DNA from: a bacterium
GTDB taxonomy: Bacteria; Hinthialibacterota; Hinthialibacteria; Hinthialibacterales; Hinthialibacteraceae
NCBI GenBank assembly: GCA_963662285.2
Contig: CAXXMV010000001.1
Span: forward strand, 608,001 to 672,000
Reading direction: 5' to 3'
DNA: 64,000 nt
Positions within the stretch are counted from its first letter, which is position 1, and every line of letters begins with the position of its first letter. The notes under the pieces were generated by a model. It worked only from the letters and a program-made list of their open reading frames with translations. It did not search any database and was not told the origin of the DNA. A program made the position numbers and the translations under genes. This document shows, in pieces, positions 57,505 through 64,000 of this stretch.

Positions 57505-59853
57505 ATGAACATGGTGAAATCTTTACGCTTCAATGCAACGCGAAAATTTGTATTTTACGGGATGATGGCATTTTGCTTTATGTTTTCCCAGAGTGGCGCT
57601 ACCCAGGAGACGATAGTTATCGATATTCCAAACTTACCGGCAGGCGCTAAACCCCTGGAAATGATACGAGTACCAGCAGGGACTTTTCTCATGGGTGCAC
57701 CAGCCGAAAAAGTTGAGAGTTTTGATGATGAAAAAGATGAATCTCCACAGCACAAAGTTTCAATCACTAATCCGTTTTATATTGGAAAATACGAAATAAC
57801 GCAGGCGCAATGGAAAGCAGTGATGGGCGATAATCCTGCGAAGGATTTCGGTGAAGGAAATGATTACCCAGTTTATTTTGTGTCATGGAATGACTGCCAT
57901 AGTTTTATAGAAAAACTTAATTCACTTGGACAAGGGCGATTTCGCTTACCAACTGAAGCGGAATGGGAGTATGCCTGTCGAGCGGGTATAACAACAGTAT
58001 TCTTTTGGGGAGACGACCCAATTTCTATTAAACTAATAGATGAATATGCGTGGACTTTTGGGGAAAATGAAGCAAAAAAATGTCATGTTGTTGGATTAAA
58101 AAAAACAAATCTCTGGGGATTATCTGATGTCAAAGGTAATGTTTGGGAATGGTGTTATGATTATTATGGCAAATATGTCTCAGCCGATCAAATTGATCCA
58201 AAAGGGCCTTCATCAGGAACTCACCTAGTAGTTCGTTGAAATGGTTCTATTAGATTAGTTCCAGACCATTGTTCTTTAACAAATCGAGGCATGGGTTCAC
58301 AAAATGAACGACATAAAGAGATTGGTTTTCGCATTGTACGAGAATATACAAGTCTACTACCGACGCCAATAATAACTCCAACGCCAACAGTTACTCCATT
58401 CCCAACCCCCACCCAGACGCCAACACCTGTTTCAGCGGGGACAGAACCTTTTGAATTGCCATTGAATGTGGATATCGGCCCATCAACGTTCAACCTTAAT
58501 TTGGGTACAAACGAATCAGCAACCGTCATATATGATCCAGGGATTGATGTATTAAGCCCTCCAGCCGATCCATCGGGTAGAGAAGCATATTTTATTCTTG
58601 TTTCCGGTGAAAAGTTGTGGACGGATTTACGTAATCTTGATACAGAGAATAGAAAATGGACTTTAATCATCACGGTTCCGCCCAATCAGCAAGCCACGAT
58701 TGTATGGAATCCAGAATTAATTCCCGATGACGGATATTTTGTTCCCGTTGATGCAATGGGGCGTCCTTCTGGGAAATCTATCGATATGAAGACGGAAATT
58801 TCTATCGACATTGAGGCGCAAGGCGGATTTGTTGCACGGAAGTTCTATTACCAAATTAATTTTGAAACAATTCTACCGGTAACCTTAGATTACGATTTGG
58901 TACGCGGCTGGAATTTAATTTCTGTACCGTTGCTCGTCGAGGAAAACGTAGTTCCAAGTAGCGTATTTGGAGCAATCACGCCAATATGGTCTTATAATCC
59001 GGAAATCTCGCAATACGAAATCCCAACATCCTTCGAGATGCAAAAAGGTTATTGGGTTTATGTTGAGCATGATCAACTTTTCCAAATAACAGGCCGCCAA
59101 GATAACAACCTTCCTATTACATTGATTCCAACCTGGAATTTGATTGGCGTTAATCAATCCGTTCTTCGCAGCACAGAAGGAATCGGTGTCGTATGGGGAT
59201 ATGATAACGTCAAAAAGAGATATATTCCTGTCGCGCCAACAGAATATTTAGAACCGCAAAAAGCGTATTGGTTCCAAGTCGGCGAACCAATTGAGTTGTT
59301 CTCGGATACTCCGCCAGCGAAAGTATCACATCGCGTAAACAAGGTAAATACGTTGAACGTTGAGACTCCATCAATTCTCTATTTGATTAATCCATCGATT
59401 GGTTCGGCACCTTTAGCGACATTAGAACTGGGAAGAGACGCCTCCGCTATCAATGAACTCGGTCCAGAAGATCTTCTTGCGCCCCCACCAGTTCCTGATT
59501 CAGACGGGAATGCATTTTTCTTGCTTAACACAGGGGTAGATTACGTAAAAGTAATGCGTGATGTACGTAGTATGCAAGGCAACCTCACTTGGCTTCTAGA
59601 AATCGATCAGAATCCAGGGATACCCGCCTCGCTAACCTGGGATGCAGCGGTCTTTGATGAACTAGCCCAAGCAGAGATTATTGAAATCGATCCAAATACG
59701 CTGCAACCAATAGCAGGATCCTCTTCAATAAAAATGGCGATTACCAATTCTTTACAGTTGGCTGCACCACAAGGCTTCGGTGGTACAAGTCGTTTCTTCC
59801 AAATTACATTATCAGAAAATACCGCCGTTTATGATTGGTTTATCATGAATTAA
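57505..59853 (+). pseudogene. Secreted FGE-sulfatase (SUMF1) domain protein with PT linker and C-terminal beta domains, one in-frame TGA
   Basis: GKYEITQAQW, RLPTEAEWEYACRAG, GNVWEW; stop at 58237-58239, then the same frame continues to IGFRIVR and ORF 58291-59853. Confidence 0.8.
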
Positions 59854-59878
59854 TCAAGAATCAACTCGGTTTATCACA

Positions 59879-59913
59879 TGGCGCTACTGATTTTTAGTAG
59901 CGCCAATTTTTTT
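59879..59913 (+). terminator. Rho-independent terminator
   Basis: TGGCGCTACT / AGTAGCGCCA stem followed by T7. Confidence 0.85.
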
Positions 59914-59985
59914 CAAATCACTATATATATTAAACACTAACGAGCATGTATTCATGAAACTGTTTTTACCAAAGGAGGTAAATTT

Positions 59986-60357
59986 ATGGCAGCATCCTTT
60001 GATTTACCAGTAATATTGGGCAAATTAACGTTGTGTTTGGTTGGAATAGTGTTGATGGCGTTATTATGTTCATGTAATAGTGAACCACCCCCGCTCACAA
60101 TCGAATACACCCCCACCCCACAAATCCACGAACAAACCATCCAGGAAGTCCAAACCACTCTCGCCAACATCCAAGAAACTCAGCGACAACTCATCCAGTC
60201 TCAAAAAAGCATTGATAACATGAAACTTGAGGCGGAACAGATTCGTCATCAATCCGCATTTCTGAAAGGCTTAGGTATTTCGGGGACTATTATGGCTTTA
60301 GTGGCTGGCGCGGCGCTGGGTTCCAGAGCACGTAACGCTGCCAAACGAAAGAGGTAA
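59986..60357 (+). CDS. Hypothetical membrane or lipoprotein with coiled coil
   Basis: RBS AAGGAGG; hydrophobic N- and C-terminal segments. Confidence 0.65.
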   Translation: MAASFDLPVILGKLTLCLVGIVLMALLCSCNSEPPPLTIEYTPTPQIHEQTIQEVQTTLANIQETQRQLIQSQKSIDNMKLEAEQIRHQSAFLKGLGISGTIMALVAGAALGSRARNAAKRKR

Positions 60358-60363
60358 TTGCTT

Positions 60364-60816
60364 ATGGTCAAAAATCGAGAGAACAAAAACGATGTAGCCG
60401 TTATTCAATCCAAAGAAATCGCGCAATCCCGCAGCACTGAATTATCACCCACGAAACTCCTCGACTTAATCCCTCCCGTATATCCGCTTACTGAACCAAA
60501 CGTGGATCGACTTATATCAAGACGGCATTGGCTTGAACGATCAACTGAAGTTTTGGCATATTCCATCAAATCCTTCGAGTACGCATTGTCGCCATCAGGA
60601 CGCCTTCGTCAGTTTATCAAATTGAATCTGTTATTACTCTGCATTATTGGCATCCCGCTGCTCATCTTCCTGCCCATTACCGCTTTCGCATTCAATCAGC
60701 TTGTTGATATCACTTATAACCTTCAACTGTGCATTAATCATCTGCTGCAAGCCGCTGTACCCGTCATGATTCTGGTTTTTGTATTATCTCTGATCGTCAT
60801 TATGGTTAAGAGATAG
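60364..60816 (+). CDS. Hypothetical two-TM membrane protein
   Basis: RBS GAGG; two hydrophobic helices. Confidence 0.65.
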   Translation: MVKNRENKNDVAVIQSKEIAQSRSTELSPTKLLDLIPPVYPLTEPNVDRLISRRHWLERSTEVLAYSIKSFEYALSPSGRLRQFIKLNLLLLCIIGIPLLIFLPITAFAFNQLVDITYNLQLCINHLLQAAVPVMILVFVLSLIVIMVKR

Positions 60817-60874
60817 CGCTTCATTCAGGTCACTTATACAACAAAAAAATCCAAATCACAAGAAAGGAATCGAT

Positions 60875-61222
60875 ATGCTGAATCATTGCGTATTAACCGG
60901 TAATTTAGGCGGTGATCCAGAAATAAGATATACAGCCAATGGAGATCCCGTCGCAACTTTGAACCTGGCGTTTAGATTTGGTAAAGATCAAACCGGATGG
61001 ATCAAAGTAACATGCTTCAAAAAACTGGCTGAACTCTGCGAAAAGTATCTTCACAAAGGCGCGCGGATTGGAATTGACGGGTATCTGACCCATGAATCGT
61101 GGGAAACGCAGAACAACGAAAAACGAACTGCGATCAAGATCATTGCCAACTCCCTGGAATTCATCAAAACCGACGGGCGTGGATTCAAAGAAGGTGAAGA
61201 CGCCAGTGATCTCCCGTTTTAG
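60875..61222 (+). CDS. ssb: Single-stranded DNA-binding protein
   Basis: LNHCVLTGNLGGDPE, YLHKG, acidic tail DLPF. Confidence 0.93.
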   Translation: MLNHCVLTGNLGGDPEIRYTANGDPVATLNLAFRFGKDQTGWIKVTCFKKLAELCEKYLHKGARIGIDGYLTHESWETQNNEKRTAIKIIANSLEFIKTDGRGFKEGEDASDLPF

Positions 61223-61253
61223 CAACATCATTCATCAGAAAGGAACATAATCA

Positions 61254-61970
61254 ATGAACCAAGAAGAACTCGAACAACAAAATCCATCCAAACCCAAATT
61301 GGATGATCGCTTCATCATGAATATCAAAGACAAGGAATTTGTTCAATACGCGGGACTGTTAGATTTGGCGCATCAACACGGTCTGATTAAACTGGAAGTC
61401 GAACATCTGCAATTCCCAAGTAAAGAGAATAACAATGTAGCCATCTGCCGGGCAATTGCGACGACAAAAACAGGTGCAGTGTTTTCTGATATCGCCGATG
61501 CTGATCCCCATAATGTCAATAAAATGATTGCGCCGCACATATTACGCATGGCCAGCACTCGCGCCAAAGCCAGAGCCCTACGGGATATGTGCAACATCGG
61601 CATCACCTGTATGGAAGAATTGGGATCATTGGATGAAGTAGTCGGAGAAAACCAGTATTCGAACAATAACAAAAAATCATCATCACCAACTCGCAATAAC
61701 AACAGCAAACAGCCGCCAAGCAATTCAGCATCGCCTGAGAAAAACACAGAACAATCAACTGCTTCAACTCCAAAATCAACCCATGATTCACAACTTGCGC
61801 CGAAACTCTCTGAAGCCCAGCACCGCGCCATTCGCAATCTCAGTAACCGCCGCGGCATCAAAGAAGATGAATTGAATAGTTTGGCTGTTAAGACCTATGG
61901 CGCGTCGGTCGATCAACTCACATTAAGCGACGCATCATCGTTCATCCGTACCTTACAACAAACCGCATGA
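61254..61970 (+). CDS. Putative Rad52/Erf-like single-strand annealing protein
   Basis: YAGLL...GDA-like IADA...RMASTRAKARALR...EEL, flexible linker, C-terminal LSEAQ..AI helical domain; context next to ssb and nuclease. Confidence 0.55.
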   Translation: MNQEELEQQNPSKPKLDDRFIMNIKDKEFVQYAGLLDLAHQHGLIKLEVEHLQFPSKENNNVAICRAIATTKTGAVFSDIADADPHNVNKMIAPHILRMASTRAKARALRDMCNIGITCMEELGSLDEVVGENQYSNNNKKSSSPTRNNNSKQPPSNSASPEKNTEQSTASTPKSTHDSQLAPKLSEAQHRAIRNLSNRRGIKEDELNSLAVKTYGASVDQLTLSDASSFIRTLQQTA

Positions 61971-62079
61971 TTTAACCCAGGCATCAACCGAACAAACAAG
62001 AAAAAACAAAGGGGACAGGGAACATGGGTTGAAATATCTCTGTCCCTAATTCATTCACTTTCAAAACAAGGAGGTCTGT

Positions 62080-62886
62080 ATGGATATACAAACGCTTCGC
62101 CAACAACCGCATCTGTCCGCGTCGTCGATACAAAGTTACATTGAATGTGGTCTGCAATACAAATTTGGTAAGATCGACAAGATTAAATCCGAATACACAT
62201 CTGATGCCATGCTGTTTGGATCATGCATTCACAAGGCATTAGAAAAGTTGCATATCGCCAAAAAGGATAATCGCGAACTCCCATTGGAGAGGTTACTCGA
62301 ACTGTGGGAATCCGAATGGCAAAAGGAATTAAAAAAGCATCCAGACATCCGGTACAAAGAAGGAGAGAGTGTCGATACTCTTCTGCATCAAGGCCGGAAA
62401 CTGTTGACAACCTATTTCAAACAGCGCCCACAGGATTCATTCAAAGTGATCTCTACAGAAAAACCATTCGCTTTTAATCTGGAAGGTGTTCCAATACCTA
62501 TTATCGGCGTTACTGATCTGATCGAAGAAGATTCCGCAGGTAATATTATCATCACCGATTTCAAAACCGCCAGCAAAGCCTATTCCTCTGACGATATCGA
62601 CAAGAGTTTTCAACTGACTGTGTATTACATGGAGGTACGGCAAAATGGATTGGCGAACCGGGAGATACTGCTGAAATTCGATTGTCTGGTCAAAACAAAA
62701 ACACCCAAGTTCCAACAGTATTACACCGTGCGCACGCCTGAAGATGAGAACCGGGCCGTCCGCAAGATTCAAAAAGTCTGGCAAGGCATTGAGAAAGGCG
62801 TGTTTATCCCCAACGATACATCGTGGAAATGCGGATATTGCATGTACAAAGATCATTGTGACAAATGGTTTCAAAAACGACAGTGA
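62080..62886 (+). CDS. PD-(D/E)XK nuclease (RecB/AddB/Cas4-like) with four-Cys cluster
   Basis: HLSASSI...EC, GSCIH, GVTDL, ITDFKT, QLTVY, CGYCMYKDHC. Confidence 0.88.
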   Translation: MDIQTLRQQPHLSASSIQSYIECGLQYKFGKIDKIKSEYTSDAMLFGSCIHKALEKLHIAKKDNRELPLERLLELWESEWQKELKKHPDIRYKEGESVDTLLHQGRKLLTTYFKQRPQDSFKVISTEKPFAFNLEGVPIPIIGVTDLIEEDSAGNIIITDFKTASKAYSSDDIDKSFQLTVYYMEVRQNGLANREILLKFDCLVKTKTPKFQQYYTVRTPEDENRAVRKIQKVWQGIEKGVFIPNDTSWKCGYCMYKDHCDKWFQKRQ

Positions 62887-62967
62887 AAACGAATTGATTT
62901 CAGGCTCTCAATCAACAACGACCATGATTGGATTTTAGGACAAATCAAAAAGAAGGAGATTCTTATC

Positions 62968-63207
62968 ATGAAGTCAAACATTATCGTCAGTGTAGGCGGC
63001 GGCGTTGTACAAGGCATTTGGGTATCGAAAGACATTCTTGATACGGTTCAGGTGATTGTGAAAGATTATGATTGTCAGCAGGACGAAGATCAACCAAATA
63101 TGATGAAAGATGAAAACGGGGATATCTGTGAGATGCAAAGATGGGATCAGGATAATTTCATCATCTTAACTGATGTCCAGGAAGGATTATTGAAAAACGT
63201 GATATAG
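62968..63207 (+). CDS. Small hypothetical phage-like protein
   Basis: RBS AAGGAG; IIVSVGGGVVQ...VKDYD. Confidence 0.6.
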   Translation: MKSNIIVSVGGGVVQGIWVSKDILDTVQVIVKDYDCQQDEDQPNMMKDENGDICEMQRWDQDNFIILTDVQEGLLKNVI

Positions 63208-63240
63208 ATCAATTCAAAAGAAGGGAGGATAACATTGTCT

Positions 63241-63999
63241 ATGCTTGAATTGAACGATCAACAAAAGCAAGCGGCTGAGTTCTATCAAGGAACAGCGATG
63301 GTAATTGCAGTGCCGGGCAGTGGTAAAACGCTAACCATGACTCATCGTATTGGCAACTTGGTTGAAAAATACAACGTGCCTCCCGAACAGATATTGGGGA
63401 TGACGTTTACCCGTAACGCAGCTCATGCCATGCGGGAACGTCTCAAGCCGCTGTTGGATAAAAAGGCCAAGCGCGTTCTATTGACCACCATCCATAGTTT
63501 CTGCTTTTACGTGTTGAAGCGGGAAGGCTATGCATTCGAATTACTCACCGGCCACGATCAAGCATCGTTACTCAAAAACATCATTAACGATCTTAAACTG
63601 AAGAATCTGACCGTGGGTATGGTACTGCGAGAGATCAGCCTTTCCAAAAACAACCTGATACTATTGGATGAGTTTCAGAATTTACATGACGGCGATTCAA
63701 CCATGCTTCAGGTTGCCCAGGTTTATGATCAGTACGAACAACGCAAATCGAAGAAGATGTTGTATGATTTCGATGATTTACTGCTCAACGTCCAGGCGAT
63801 TCTGAATGAGAAGCATGATGTTAGAGACAAGTACAGAGAAATTTACCGCCATATCCTGGTGGATGAATTTCAAGATACCAATCCGGCGCAAATGGAAGTG
63901 TTAAAACTGTTGCTGGCAGACTCGACCGAAGAATCCAGTTGTTGGGTATGCGGTGATGATTGGCAAAGTATTTACGCATTCAATGGAGCCAGCGTCAGC
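63241..63999 (+). CDS. UvrD/PcrA-family helicase, 3'-truncated by window edge (absent from ORF track)
   Basis: LNDQQ, AVPGSGKT, TFTRNAA, TIHSFC, DFDDLL, VDEFQDTN, GDDWQSIY. Confidence 0.92.
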   Translation, partial: MLELNDQQKQAAEFYQGTAMVIAVPGSGKTLTMTHRIGNLVEKYNVPPEQILGMTFTRNAAHAMRERLKPLLDKKAKRVLLTTIHSFCFYVLKREGYAFELLTGHDQASLLKNIINDLKLKNLTVGMVLREISLSKNNLILLDEFQNLHDGDSTMLQVAQVYDQYEQRKSKKMLYDFDDLLLNVQAILNEKHDVRDKYREIYRHILVDEFQDTNPAQMEVLKLLLADSTEESSCWVCGDDWQSIYAFNGASVS

Positions 64000-64000
64000 A

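Larger units (their letters stand above)
34370..64000. mobile_element. tRNA-Thr-integrated element (genomic island), right end probably outside window
   Basis: Integrase next to tRNA 3' end, then replication, defence and recombination modules; no second att copy noticed. Confidence 0.8.

Noticed and set aside
43609-59853. Alternative genetic code in the island (TAG or TGA recoded)
   Set aside because: The two interrupting stops differ, and both TAG and TGA act as true stops elsewhere in the island (ssb, hsdM, primase).
62080-62886. Cas4 / CRISPR-Cas system
   Set aside because: No cas1/cas2 and no repeat-spacer array seen in the window; the context is recombination.

Overview
Bacterial chromosomal window with two parts. 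(1) 1-34296 is host chromosome: the right part of an IS481-family element, PfkB/NUDIX, CinA, kdsA, a bactofilin-CBM48 fusion, an ACT-porin-livKHMGF-paaK-like cluster and several secreted enzymes. The intergenic spaces hold at least three short repeat/MITE families, a decayed REP-associated transposase and an integrase-less integron cassette remnant (attC sites). (2) From tRNA-Thr(TGT) at 34297-34369 to beyond the window end is an integrated element with no visible virion or conjugation genes. It carries a tyrosine integrase, a Klenow-like family A DNA polymerase, an NrS-1-like primase-polymerase/helicase, a sigma54 enhancer-binding protein with its own -24/-12 promoter, an RHH gene plus three DUF669-like paralogs, a type I R-M locus, two nonsense-interrupted cargo genes and an ssb/annealase-like/PD-(D/E)XK/UvrD module. 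Best leads: an unannotated ~620-nt region (40890-41510) dense in nested and crossing helices, preceded by helically phased direct repeats (candidate large ncRNA), and a repeat shared between the primase 3' end and a site 5.3 kb away (candidate bipartite origin). All calls are from reading motifs by eye; no database searches or folding calculations were run.
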